Part shown: positions 38,385 to 48,146 of the stretch, in pieces
Layout of the letters: each line of letters starts with the position of its first letter
How positions within the stretch are numbered: position 1 is the first letter of the stretch
Assembly (NCBI GenBank): GCA_944372455.1
Contig: CALVZF010000003.1
Span: 1-54,977 of the forward strand
Direction of reading: 5' to 3'
Length of the DNA: 54,977 nucleotides
From: an uncultured Bacilli bacterium
GTDB lineage: Bacteria; Bacillota_I; Bacilli_A; RF39; UBA660
Made by a program: the position numbers and the translations under genes
The notes under the pieces: model-generated
Seen by the model: only the letters and a program-made list of their open reading frames with translations
Database searches by the model: none
Told to the model about the DNA's origin: nothing

Positions 38385-40319
38385 TTATTTTTTTTTGTTA
38401 TACATTAAAAATTTTAAATTTAAAATAAGAATTTCAATTATTAGAATTATTGGTAAAATACCAATAATTCTAACACAAGATAAAATGACAATAGTTAAAA
38501 GATTTATAAAAGTTAAAACGCTCAATATAAAAATCAAACGCTTAGTTTTTTCTAAAAATTTATATAGTGTAATCATAGTTTTTCTAAAGGTATTAAACGA
38601 ATTATCATATAAAATTATATCAGAAAAATCCATTAAAGCACTTTTATTAAATTTACTAAGAGTAATTTTTATGCTAGAATTTTCAAAATTTATTAAATCT
38701 TTTAAAGAATTAAATGTTGTAATAGTATAAAGAGAATTCTTTTCTAATAAATCAATTATTCTCTTTTTATTTTTATCCTTTATTTTAGAAAATATTCTAT
38801 TTTTTTTAAGTTTATTTAATAATTCTTCATCTGAGCTTTCAGTTATTATTTTATCATCTAATATTTCTTCAGTATCAATACCTAAATTTTCTCCCAAAGC
38901 TTTTGAAATAATTTTATTATCATTAGTAAATATTAATGTTCCTATATTTTTATTGTTGTATTCTTTGATAAAACTTTCAATACCATGTTTAGGAAAGTCA
39001 TATAGTGCTATTAATCCGTCAAAATGAATATTATAATTAAATATATCTAATTCTATAGAGTTAATTTGCTTAGAAGCTATTCCTATTACAACAAGTCCTT
39101 TTTTATATAAACTTTTTTGAAAATTATGTAACCTATATTTTTCTTCTACATCAAGTTCACAAATGTCAAATATACTTTCTAAATCTCCAGATACAAATAA
39201 ATGATTTTTATTTTCAAATTTATAAATTGATGCATAAAGATTATTTTTTTCATCATAGGGATATTGTTTTACTAAATTATTAAAAGTTACTTCCTTGTTA
39301 TAATATTTATTTATAGAATCAAACATATCACCTTTTTTTGAACTTGGATTTGAGAGAATTGCATTTAATAATAATTCATCTTTAGGAATATTATTTGAAT
39401 ATATTTCTTTTACTTTCAAAATACCTTCAGTAATAAAATTTTCTTTGTTTAAACACAAATAATTAATTTTTGAAATTTTGCGAATAATTTTTTTATTTTT
39501 TACATATATATTATATTTTAAAGCTTTATTAAAATATGTATTCATAAAACTTTTTAAAGTATAACTAAAATTTAGTAACAATACGGAAATTAGAATTGAA
39601 GAGTTAATAATAAACCCACTATATACATCTAAAGTAAAAATTACTACTAATAGTGATATTAAATATATAACTATACAAATTATATCAACAACATTTGATA
39701 TTTTATCCATCTTATTTTTAGATTCTAATTTATTTAAATAGAAAAAAGTATTTAATCCTATATTAGTAATTTTTATAGTAGCTGTACCTTTTAAAATTAA
39801 GCTACCTTCATATAAATAATTAGATTTTAAAATATCATTTTTATTTAATAATGATGTATTTTTTTTAACAAAGTTATTAAATTCTTTTACATATAAATTT
39901 TTAGCTTTTACTATTAAACCATCTACTGGTACCCTTTCTCCTTCTTTAACAATTAGAAGATCATCTATAGTTATTTCACTAGACTTTATAAGTTTTTCTT
40001 CTCCATTTCTAATAACTGTATATTTATAATTAAGTAATTCACTATTTTCTAACATATATTTATTATTTATTTTATTATTGATTAATCTAACAATAATTAA
40101 TATTAGGTAAGAAATTAGTATAATTATTGCAACTAAATATTCTTTTTTTAAAAGATTTATAATTATAATTATCACTACTGGTAAAATTATTAATCCTACA
40201 ATATTAATAATAGTTGATATTGTATTATATTTAGTGGTAGATGTTTTAATATTTTTACCATATAATTTTTGATTATTATCAACTTGTTTATCTGTAAGTC
40301 CTTTTAATACTTCTTCCAT
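38385..40319 (-). CDS. Degenerate P-type ATPase homologue lacking the catalytic motifs
   Basis: GLT...YG.N, VIRNG, EGERVPVDG and G..T.F are present, but DKTGTLT appears as NKENFIT and TGES/TGD/GDGxND are lost. Confidence 0.8.
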   Translation of the reverse strand: MEEVLKGLTDKQVDNNQKLYGKNIKTSTTKYNTISTIINIVGLIILPVVIIIIINLLKKEYLVAIIILISYLILIIVRLINNKINNKYMLENSELLNYKYTVIRNGEEKLIKSSEITIDDLLIVKEGERVPVDGLIVKAKNLYVKEFNNFVKKNTSLLNKNDILKSNYLYEGSLILKGTATIKITNIGLNTFFYLNKLESKNKMDKISNVVDIICIVIYLISLLVVIFTLDVYSGFIINSSILISVLLLNFSYTLKSFMNTYFNKALKYNIYVKNKKIIRKISKINYLCLNKENFITEGILKVKEIYSNNIPKDELLLNAILSNPSSKKGDMFDSINKYYNKEVTFNNLVKQYPYDEKNNLYASIYKFENKNHLFVSGDLESIFDICELDVEEKYRLHNFQKSLYKKGLVVIGIASKQINSIELDIFNYNIHFDGLIALYDFPKHGIESFIKEYNNKNIGTLIFTNDNKIISKALGENLGIDTEEILDDKIITESSDEELLNKLKKNRIFSKIKDKNKKRIIDLLEKNSLYTITTFNSLKDLINFENSSIKITLSKFNKSALMDFSDIILYDNSFNTFRKTMITLYKFLEKTKRLIFILSVLTFINLLTIVILSCVRIIGILPIILIIEILILNLKFLMYNKKK

Positions 40320-40368
40320 GATTTCACATCCTATATGTTTTAAAAAAAATAAACGATTAAGTTTATTT

Positions 40369-41334
40369 TTAATTTGTACTCACATTTTCTTCTTTTAATA
40401 AATCATTAAATTCTATTTTAAATCTTTCAATTTCTTTTTTTAGGGTATCTGGGTATATTGAATTACAATTTTTAACTGCTTGCCAAACATGTTTCATTTT
40501 AATTTTTTTCTCATTATCAAAAACTGCATAAGAAAATACCTTTTGTAAAAGCGCTAAAGAAATGTCTGGATATCTAGATGATATTTCGTAATATCTTTTA
40601 TATTCGGAAGTCATTTCTACTAAAAATACACATATTCTTTCCATAATATAGTGAGTATAATCAAATTTTACACCTGTTTGACTTTCCATTTTAGGAATTG
40701 TACCCATCATTATTTTTACAGTAGTTACTTGATCAGGTTCTGAAATATCTATTTTTTCAAAACGTCTTATAAAAGCTCTATCACGAAGCATATATCTTTC
40801 ATATTCTTCACTTGTAGTAGCTCCTATTAATTTAACATTACCACGTGCTAAAGCAGGTTTTAAAATATTAGCAAAATCTAATGAAGAACCAGTTTTTGCC
40901 CCTGCTCCCATTAGAGTGTGAATTTCATCTATAAATAATATTATTTTATCTTGTTTCATTACTTCCTGAATAAGTATTTGAATTCTTGAATCTCTTTCAC
41001 CATCACTAACACTTTCACCTAATAATGAAGCAGTTGCAATATTAATTATTGTATATCCTTTTAATGCATCAGGGACATCATTATTTTGAATTTTATAGGC
41101 TAATCCTTCTACTATAGCAGTTTTACCAATACCAGCTTTACCTGTTAAAACAGCAGATTTATCAGGGGTAAGTAAAATCAAAATTAGCTCTTTTATTTCA
41201 TTTTCACGGGCTATTGCAGGATTTGTAATGTATTTCTTTTTTGTTAAATCCTCTCCATATCTTTCTAAAACACTAAATGTATTATTATTTAAATCTGTTT
41301 TAGGATTATTACTAATGTCAATAAATTCATCCAT
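40369..41334 (-). CDS. Stand-alone ClpA/B-type AAA+ ATPase (NBD1 only)
   Basis: L.RYG.DLT, Walker A GKAGIGKT, Walker B LFIDEIH, ANILKPALARG, IGATT..EY and R.YPD. Confidence 0.88.
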   Translation of the reverse strand: MDEFIDISNNPKTDLNNNTFSVLERYGEDLTKKKYITNPAIARENEIKELILILLTPDKSAVLTGKAGIGKTAIVEGLAYKIQNNDVPDALKGYTIINIATASLLGESVSDGERDSRIQILIQEVMKQDKIILFIDEIHTLMGAGAKTGSSLDFANILKPALARGNVKLIGATTSEEYERYMLRDRAFIRRFEKIDISEPDQVTTVKIMMGTIPKMESQTGVKFDYTHYIMERICVFLVEMTSEYKRYYEISSRYPDISLALLQKVFSYAVFDNEKKIKMKHVWQAVKNCNSIYPDTLKKEIERFKIEFNDLLKEENVSTN

Positions 41335-41416
41335 TTTTAATCCTCCATTCAATTATTATTATAACATAATGTAAATTAAAATACATAAAAAGTATGATTT
41401 TTAATAACAATCATAC

Positions 41417-41581
41417 TTATTTTTTTAAACAACTTTCTATCATACTAATTATTACATTATTAAAAGAAGTATTGTTTTCTTTTGCAATTTTATCTATTTC
41501 TTTGACTAATGCTTCTTTAATATATAAAGTTTTATAAATAGCATTTTCTTTTTTCTTAGTATTTTTTATTTCAAAAGCCAT
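41417..41581 (-). CDS. Small ribbon-helix-helix-like protein (54 aa)
   Basis: MAFEIKNTKKKENAIYKTLYIKEALVKEIDKIAKENNTSFNNVIISMIESCLKK* with an AGGTG RBS. Not in the ORF track. Confidence 0.7.
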   Translation of the reverse strand: MAFEIKNTKKKENAIYKTLYIKEALVKEIDKIAKENNTSFNNVIISMIESCLKK

Positions 41582-41670
41582 TCAATCACCTACTACTTAC
41601 TAAATATAATTCTAATATATTATGTTATAATTATTATGCTCAGTACTTCATTTTTTATAGGGGGAATTTT

Positions 41671-41886
41671 ATGGTTAATAAAAATGAGTGTTTAAAAACA
41701 CAAAAAGAGTTAAAGAGGGAAATAATTGAATTTGAAGATTTCTTAATTCAAAAAAGACTTTATGAAATTGAAAAACTAGTAAAAACTTTGGTAAAAACCA
41801 AAAATAAGAATAGACGTTCTAAACTTTACGAAAAATTAAATAATGAATTTAAACTTATAGAACTTTATTATGATAATAATCTATGA
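41671..41886 (+). CDS. Hypothetical protein
   Basis: 71 aa with an AGGGGG RBS. Confidence 0.6.
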   Translation: MVNKNECLKTQKELKREIIEFEDFLIQKRLYEIEKLVKTLVKTKNKNRRSKLYEKLNNEFKLIELYYDNNL

Positions 41887-41915
41887 TAAATGAAAAAAAA
41901 TGAAAATTAATTTTT

Positions 41916-43190
41916 TCATTTTTTTTCTATTACAAATTTAACACCTTTTTTAGTATTTTCAACTTTTATAGTATAACCTAATAAATCACATGTCTTATTT
42001 ACTATTGATAACCCTAGACCAAACTGTCCTTTAATCCCTTTTTTGTATGGAGAAAATATATCTGTTATTATTGTTTCATCTATTGGTTCTCCATCATTAA
42101 ATAAAGACATTTTTCTATGACCAATATTAATTTCTATTTTACTTTCCGCATATCTTATAAAATTAGTAAGTAGATTATCAACTATTGATTCCCACATATC
42201 AAAAGTTCCTTTAAAGTATATAGGGCTTTTTTTATATAACACTTTAAATTGAATTTTATTGTTTTCTGGAATAAACTTTTCAACACTTTTATTTACAACG
42301 TCTATTATGTTTACTTCTTCTTCTGTTTGTGAATAACGTTCTTTTAAATACTCTATTTTATTTAGTTGAAGTAAACTTTTAACTTTAGAGTCTAATTTAT
42401 TTATTTGTTCTTCTACTACTTCTCTTGTTTGTTCTGTACTCATTACTCCATCTTTATTAGCTTCAATGTAAGATTTTATAACTGCAATTGGAGTTTTAAA
42501 GTCATGTGATATATTTTGATACATTTCGTTTTTAAAATTTTCTTGTTCTAAAATCATAAGTCTAACATCTTCTATAGTTTTTTCAAGAATTTGCAATTCA
42601 TCTTCTACTTTGATTTTAGAACTATGATCAAATTTATCATTATTTATATTTTTAACCTTATTTATTAATATTCCTATTTTATGAACAAGAAAGTTACACC
42701 AAATTAATAGAGCAATTAATATTACTAAAAATGTCATTATAATTACTGGTAAAATTGCGACAAACAGTCTATTTTTCATATTATTTATCAATTTTTCATC
42801 AGTAATAGTTACTTTAGTTATATTTTGGTTATTAACAGTAGCTACATAGTAAAATTTATTATTTTTAATTTTAAAAGTTCCATGTTCATAATTTATAAGT
42901 GATAATACACTTTTAAAATCATCAGTTTTTAAAACTTTTTCTGCATTATTACTTATTAACATTTTGTTATTATTGGAAATTTCAATATAAACGATATTGT
43001 CATTAAAATATTCTGATGATATGTTATTACTAAAATATTTAAGGGGTTGATTTAAAAAATTATATACTGTTTCTTCAAAGTAAGGTAATAAAGCACGGGG
43101 TAAAAATATTGTAAGTGATAATGTAAGAATTAAAAAGACGCCAAGTGAAATTAATACTAATTGATTAGATAATGATATTTTATTTTTCAT
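41916..43190 (-). CDS. Sensor histidine kinase (CssS-like)
   Basis: Two TMs, HAMP, QNISHDFKTP, NLL.N.IRYA, FNDG and GQFGLGLSIV. Confidence 0.92.
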   Translation of the reverse strand: MKNKISLSNQLVLISLGVFLILTLSLTIFLPRALLPYFEETVYNFLNQPLKYFSNNISSEYFNDNIVYIEISNNNKMLISNNAEKVLKTDDFKSVLSLINYEHGTFKIKNNKFYYVATVNNQNITKVTITDEKLINNMKNRLFVAILPVIIMTFLVILIALLIWCNFLVHKIGILINKVKNINNDKFDHSSKIKVEDELQILEKTIEDVRLMILEQENFKNEMYQNISHDFKTPIAVIKSYIEANKDGVMSTEQTREVVEEQINKLDSKVKSLLQLNKIEYLKERYSQTEEEVNIIDVVNKSVEKFIPENNKIQFKVLYKKSPIYFKGTFDMWESIVDNLLTNFIRYAESKIEINIGHRKMSLFNDGEPIDETIITDIFSPYKKGIKGQFGLGLSIVNKTCDLLGYTIKVENTKKGVKFVIEKK

Positions 43191-43840
43191 GATAATCTAT
43201 ATCCAAATCCATATATAGTACTAATTTTTAACTTAGGCATTTTTTTTCTTAGACGTCTTACTAAATCATCAACTACCCTATCACTACCATAATAACCAGT
43301 TCCCCAGATTTTTTCTATTATTAATTCTCTATCTAAGGATTTATTTTTATTTTCTAAAAATAATATAAGTAAATCAAATTCTAAAGTAGTCAAATTTATT
43401 TCTTTATTATTTTGAACGACAACTCTTTTATTTAAATCTATTTGATAATCCTCATAATTTAAATGATTATATTCTGATTTATAAACTCTTTTAATCATAT
43501 TATTAACTCTTAAAACTAATTCTTTAGGAGAATATGGTTTAGTAATATAATCATCACTTCCAAGTTCTAATCCTATTATTTTATCTAGGTCTTGATCTCT
43601 AGCAGAAGTGAATATTACTGGTACAATATCATTTTTTTCTCTTATTTGTTTAATGATATCATACCCGCTAATATCATCTTCTAACATAATATCAAGAATC
43701 CAAAGATCAATTTTATCTTGTAAATTAAGAGCATCCATTCCTTTAGTTAAACTAATTACATCAAAACCAGCTTGCTTAAGATAAGTAGTTATTAAATTAT
43801 TTAAATCTTTTTCATCTTCTACTAAACATATCTTATACAT
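43187..43840 (-). CDS. OmpR-family response regulator (CssR-like)
   Basis: LVEDE, DLWILDIML, SARDQDLD, GSDRVVDDLVRRLRKK and TIYGFGY. Likely start MYKIC. Confidence 0.93.
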   Translation of the reverse strand: MYKICLVEDEKDLNNLITTYLKQAGFDVISLTKGMDALNLQDKIDLWILDIMLEDDISGYDIIKQIREKNDIVPVIFTSARDQDLDKIIGLELGSDDYITKPYSPKELVLRVNNMIKRVYKSEYNHLNYEDYQIDLNKRVVVQNNKEINLTTLEFDLLILFLENKNKSLDRELIIEKIWGTGYYGSDRVVDDLVRRLRKKMPKLKISTIYGFGYRLS

Positions 43841-43869
43841 AAAACTCACCAATTAAATTATAACATTTT

Positions 43870-43941
43870 TTATACATATATGACATTTACTTTGTAAAAA
43901 AGGTTTAAAATTATATTTATTTTATTTCTTAATATATCCAT
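43870..43941 (-). CDS. Possible 23-aa peptide upstream of the two-component operon
   Basis: MDILRNKINIILNLFYKVNVIYV* with a perfect AAGGAGG RBS. Confidence 0.35.
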   Translation of the reverse strand: MDILRNKINIILNLFYKVNVIYV

Positions 43942-44061
43942 AAAGCAACCTCCTTATAGCTTTATTATAATAAGAAAAAAGTTATTTATTATGTTTTAAA
44001 TGTGTTAAATTGTGGGATAAATTATCAAGTACAAAAAAATTCACTCTATAAATAAAGTGAA

Positions 44062-44865
44062 TTAAAATATAAATTTCAATAAAACAAGTAATGCAAAAAT
44101 TAATCTATAATAAGCAAAAATTGCAAAATCATTTTTCTTAACATAATTCAATAAAAATTTAATACTTAATATTCCAAAAATTGCAGCTGTTACTATTCCT
44201 ATTACTAAATTTAAATTAAATTGAGCTACCATATCTCCAAATTTTAAAATTGTTGCTCCAAAAATAATTGGTGTTGAAAGCATAAATGAAAATTTAGCAC
44301 ACGCCTCTCTAGATACTCCCATAAGTCTTCCTGCTAAAATAGTTGTACCTGATCTCGAAAATCCTGGGAAAATTGCTAAAGCTTGACTAAGTCCTATTAA
44401 GAATGTTTGTTTTAAAGTTAGATTTTTGTATTCTGTTTGATTTTTATAATGTTTTTCTGCCCATTTATCACCTAAATAAATAAATATACCCATAACTGCT
44501 AACGCTAAAGCAATAAGTAATGGTAATTTTCTAAAAACTGTCTCTACATATTCTTCTAATAATTTTCCTATTAATGCTCCAGGTATAGTTGCTATTACTA
44601 AATACCAAAACATTTTATTTTCAAAAGAATCTTTTTTATGAAATACTTTATTAATAACTCCTTTAGCAAGGATAATCCAATCTTTAAAGAAAACCGATAA
44701 TACTGCAATTAAAGTACCAAAATGTAAGGCTACATCAAAAGCTAGTGATTGTTCCTCAAACCCTAATAAGTAAGGTACTAATATTAAATGTGCAGAACTT
44801 GATATAGGTAAAAATTCTCCAATACCTTGAACTATACCTAATAATATACTTTGTAAAATTTCCAT
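44062..44865 (-). CDS. uppP: Undecaprenyl-diphosphate phosphatase
   Basis: GIVQGIGEFLPISSSAH and PGFSRSGTTI. Confidence 0.96.
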   Translation of the reverse strand: MEILQSILLGIVQGIGEFLPISSSAHLILVPYLLGFEEQSLAFDVALHFGTLIAVLSVFFKDWIILAKGVINKVFHKKDSFENKMFWYLVIATIPGALIGKLLEEYVETVFRKLPLLIALALAVMGIFIYLGDKWAEKHYKNQTEYKNLTLKQTFLIGLSQALAIFPGFSRSGTTILAGRLMGVSREACAKFSFMLSTPIIFGATILKFGDMVAQFNLNLVIGIVTAAIFGILSIKFLLNYVKKNDFAIFAYYRLIFALLVLLKFIF

Positions 44866-44970
44866 AATGTATAATGCTCCTTCATTTATAAATTATATTA
44901 AAATTATATTGTAAATATTATTTTATGTAAAGCTGTTTTAAAAAAAATTATAATTGAATTAAAAATTTTA

Positions 44971-44999
44971 TTGACAATTTATAAGTAAATGCATAAAAT
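44971..44999 (+). promoter_or_regulatory. SigA promoter of tRNA-Gly(GCC)
   Basis: TTGACA, 17 bp, TAAAAT. Confidence 0.75.
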
Positions 45000-45011
45000 A
45001 ATATATGTAAT

Positions 45012-45086
45012 GCACACGTGGTTCAATGGTTAGAATATGGCCTTGCCAAGGCTGTGATGAGAGTTCGATTCTCTTCGTGTGCTCCA
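45012..45086 (+). tRNA. tRNA-Gly (GCC)
   Basis: Acceptor GCACACG/CGTGTGC, anticodon loop TTGCCAA, TTCGATT T-loop and encoded CCA. Confidence 0.95.
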
Positions 45087-45184
45087 TTTGAATACAACTT
45101 ACGGACTGTAAAAAGTTCGTAAGTTTTTATTTTAAATAAATATTAAACTTTCATGTTCTCTTTCTAGGAAGGAGGACATTTTTT

Positions 45185-45415
45185 ATGGTTAAATTTAAGA
45201 CTATTCAGATTTTAGATCCAGACATGGAAATACTTGAAGTGATTAAGGAATATAAATGCAGAGTTAAAAATGGCAAGGTTAAACATTTATTACATACGGA
45301 TTTACAACTTATAAAACCTACTGAATATTTAATTACATATCCTACTACTCTTACAATATTAGAATACAATGAAAATGAAATATTTAGTAAATTATTTTAT
45401 ATTAAAAAAGTATAA
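45185..45415 (+). CDS. Hypothetical protein
   Basis: 76 aa with an AAGGAGG RBS. Confidence 0.6.
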   Translation: MVKFKTIQILDPDMEILEVIKEYKCRVKNGKVKHLLHTDLQLIKPTEYLITYPTTLTILEYNENEIFSKLFYIKKV

Positions 45416-45526
45416 ACAAAAATATAATCTCAAAGAAATTAAATAAATACTCATAAAATTATCAAAATAAAGTCTTTTATTTGTTTTGTATAAACATCCA
45501 AAACAAATAAAAGAAATAATATAAAT

Positions 45527-46147
45527 TTAATTGTTCTTGGTATTTTTTCTTCTTTTGTAAAACCAAATGATGAAAATAATAAAAATTAGTCCAAGTAAAA
45601 TTACTACTAAATGAGAATAAGTATCAAAAATTCCTAGTATACTTTTCCAATTACTTCCTAAAATATTACCTAATGTTATTAAGATAATATTCCAAATTAA
45701 AGAGCCTAAAGTAGTATAAATTAAAAATTTTATCATTGGCATTTCACTCATGCCAGCAGGAATAGAAATAAGACTTCTTACTAAAGGAACAAATCTACAG
45801 AAAAAAACTGTTTTTTGTCCCTTTGTATCAAACCAATGATCAGCATTATCAATATCACTATTTTTTAATCTCAATATCTTACCTAATCTTCCCGATAATA
45901 TTCTTTTTAATCTTTCTTTATTAAAAATTCTACCAATATAATATAAAGCAATTCCTCCACATACTGAACCTAACGTAGAAGCAATTACCATACCCAATAT
46001 ACCAAGTTTAGTATAAGTGGTCATAAACCCTCCAAATAATAGTATTACTTCTGATGGTATTGGTGGAAATACATTTTCAATCATGATAAGTAAAAATACC
46101 CCCACATAACCAAATTGATTCATTATATTTAAAATTAAATCTTGCAT
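45527..46147 (-). CDS. dedA: DedA-family membrane protein
   Basis: ENVFPPIPSEVIL..GG and FFCRFVP.VRSLISIPAG. Confidence 0.93.
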   Translation of the reverse strand: MQDLILNIMNQFGYVGVFLLIMIENVFPPIPSEVILLFGGFMTTYTKLGILGMVIASTLGSVCGGIALYYIGRIFNKERLKRILSGRLGKILRLKNSDIDNADHWFDTKGQKTVFFCRFVPLVRSLISIPAGMSEMPMIKFLIYTTLGSLIWNIILITLGNILGSNWKSILGIFDTYSHLVVILLGLIFIIFIIWFYKRRKNTKNN

Positions 46148-46205
46148 ATTTGCCTCCTAACTACTTATAATTATTACACAAAAATCTAAAAAAGTTGGAC
46201 TATTT

Positions 46206-46365
46206 TATAATTTTTCCCCACAATTTTTACAATATTTATTATTATTTTAAATTATATGATGACACTTTTCGCAAACCTTATTAACTTGGCTACCGCAGTA
46301 AGGACAGTAAGCTACATTTTTCGTTAATGAAATACTACATTTAGGACAATTTATTCTTTTTATAT
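46206..46365 (-). pseudogene. Double-zinc-ribbon protein remnant
   Basis: Minus-strand reading NCPKC...YCPYCG...VCEKC HHII* NNKYCKNCGEKL with an internal stop. Boundaries approximate. Confidence 0.55.
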
Positions 46366-46629
46366 ATATATAATATAGATTATTACTCCAAATATATTAG
46401 TAAATAAAACGAGTATTGTCCAAAAATAAGTGTCTAGCTTAATTTTAAAACATTTTGATAAATTAGTAAACTGGTAATTACTAAATAAAGCATAAAAAAC
46501 ATTATAAAAGTTGAAATAGAAAGTTTAAGATAAAAATAACTGTTAACTACAGGTGTTATTTTAGCAACTATTACAATTTGCTCACTTACACTATTTAAAT
46601 AAGTAATCAATCTTATTCATTCTTTATTC

Positions 46630-47130
46630 ACATAATTTATTATATTCTTGTTACTTCTTCTAACCAAACATTCTCAATATTTTCTCCAGGTACTTCAACT
46701 GAAATATGCGAGAACCAAGAATCTTTTTTTGACCCATGCCAGTGTTTTACATTTTTTGGTATTACAATTACTTTACCTGTTTCTAAACTAATGAACTCTT
46801 TTCCATCTTCCTGATACCCACCAAACCCTGCAGTACAAATTGAGATTTATCTTCCACCTTTTGGAAACTCTTGAATACATCATTTCTAAATCTTGGTTCA
46901 AAAGTAACATTCGCTAAAGATACTGATGTTTCCTGCGGATTAGTAAGTGGATTTAAATAATTATTGCCAATAAAATATTTTGCAAAAACTGTATTAAGTT
47001 GCTCTAATCTAATTGTTTTTTATTCATTATCTTTGCTATACACTTTCTTAATAAAATCAAATGTACTCTAGACTTTTGCCCAAGTGAAATAAAACGTCAA
47101 TTGTGTAACCTTTTCTACAACTTCATCTGG
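46630..47130 (-). pseudogene. Carboxymuconolactone decarboxylase-cupin fusion remnant
   Basis: Fragments TQLTFYFTWAKV*, KYFIGNNYLNPLT...ANVTFEP and ICTAG..YQEDGK...VKHWHGSKKDSWFSHI, with stops and frameshifts. Boundaries approximate. Confidence 0.75.
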
Positions 47131-47261
47131 AAATGAACCTTGAGCAAATAAATATAAATTCTTGCTTTAGCTTCAGGTAACATATAAAATCTATCTATAA
47201 ATACTTTTAATATTCTACTAACTGTGTACCAATAAATAGATGTGCCGACAACTAAAGTATC

Positions 47262-47462
47262 CTAAGATTTTGTCTTTTCTAAAAGTTCTTTTATTTGGTC
47301 ATCACTAAATATTTGACCATATTGTGAAATTTTATAATCAGAGATTTGCATAGTTTCATGATTAATGTCTTTTAATGGTGCCTCACTAATCAGATAAGTG
47401 TTACCATTTTTATTAGAAAAAATTTTAGTCATAATTTCCCTCTTTGCATTAAAATAATACAC
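47262..47462 (-). CDS. Hypothetical protein or gene fragment
   Basis: 66-aa open frame with no clear RBS. Confidence 0.3.
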   Translation of the reverse strand: MYYFNAKREIMTKIFSNKNGNTYLISEAPLKDINHETMQISDYKISQYGQIFSDDQIKELLEKTKS

Positions 47463-47846
47463 ATGTGTGCAACACCCGTATCAAGATTTAAAAAACTATT
47501 CTTTACATATTAAAACATGGTATATTATTATAACCAACGAAAGATTATATGTACTTTTTCATTATTGTAAAAAGGCGTAGATAAATACGACACTCACTCC
47601 ATTTGAATATAACTTACGGCCTATTTAATGTTAGTAAGTTTTTATTTATTTGTAATAATTTAGTGTTATTAATAAAAAGAACACTTAACTAATTTAATAG
47701 TTATAGTGTCCACCCAATAAAATTTAATCAAGAAATATATTTCTTTAGTGTTATATTAAAATATAACACCTTATGTAAGCTTACAAATTAATTATACAAA
47801 ATTTTAACTTTTTTTTCAATAATTAAAATCTGAAATTTAATGAAAA

Positions 47847-48080
47847 TTAATTTTCAACTAAATTAGCAACTATTAAATCGTTTATAAAAGAAATATTTCT
47901 TTTTGTTATATGTTTACTTTTATTTATAAAAATAGTTCTATCTTTTATCAAAATATCAATAGTAATAACAGAATTACCATATATAATCTTTTTTTGATAT
48001 GTAGGAAAAAGTAAATATGGTTCATAATTATATCCAAAAAATTCTAATACATCAAGCCAAATTCCTTTTCTTATTTTCAT
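47847..48080 (-). CDS. Hypothetical protein
   Basis: 77 aa with a GAGGTG RBS. Confidence 0.6.
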   Translation of the reverse strand: MKIRKGIWLDVLEFFGYNYEPYLLFPTYQKKIIYGNSVITIDILIKDRTIFINKSKHITKRNISFINDLIVANLVEN

Positions 48081-48146
48081 GGAAACACCTCATATTTAAA
48101 GTATTTCCATATTATTAATATTAATTACAAAAGAATTAAGCTATTA

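Larger units (their letters stand above)
45082..47647. mobile_element. Decayed genomic islet at the tRNA-Gly 3' end, bounded by ~51-bp degenerate direct repeats
   Basis: CTCCATTTGAATAyAACTTACGG...GTAAGTTTTTATTT at 45082-45132 and 47597-47647. Interior is rich in pseudogenes. No integrase. Confidence 0.55.
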
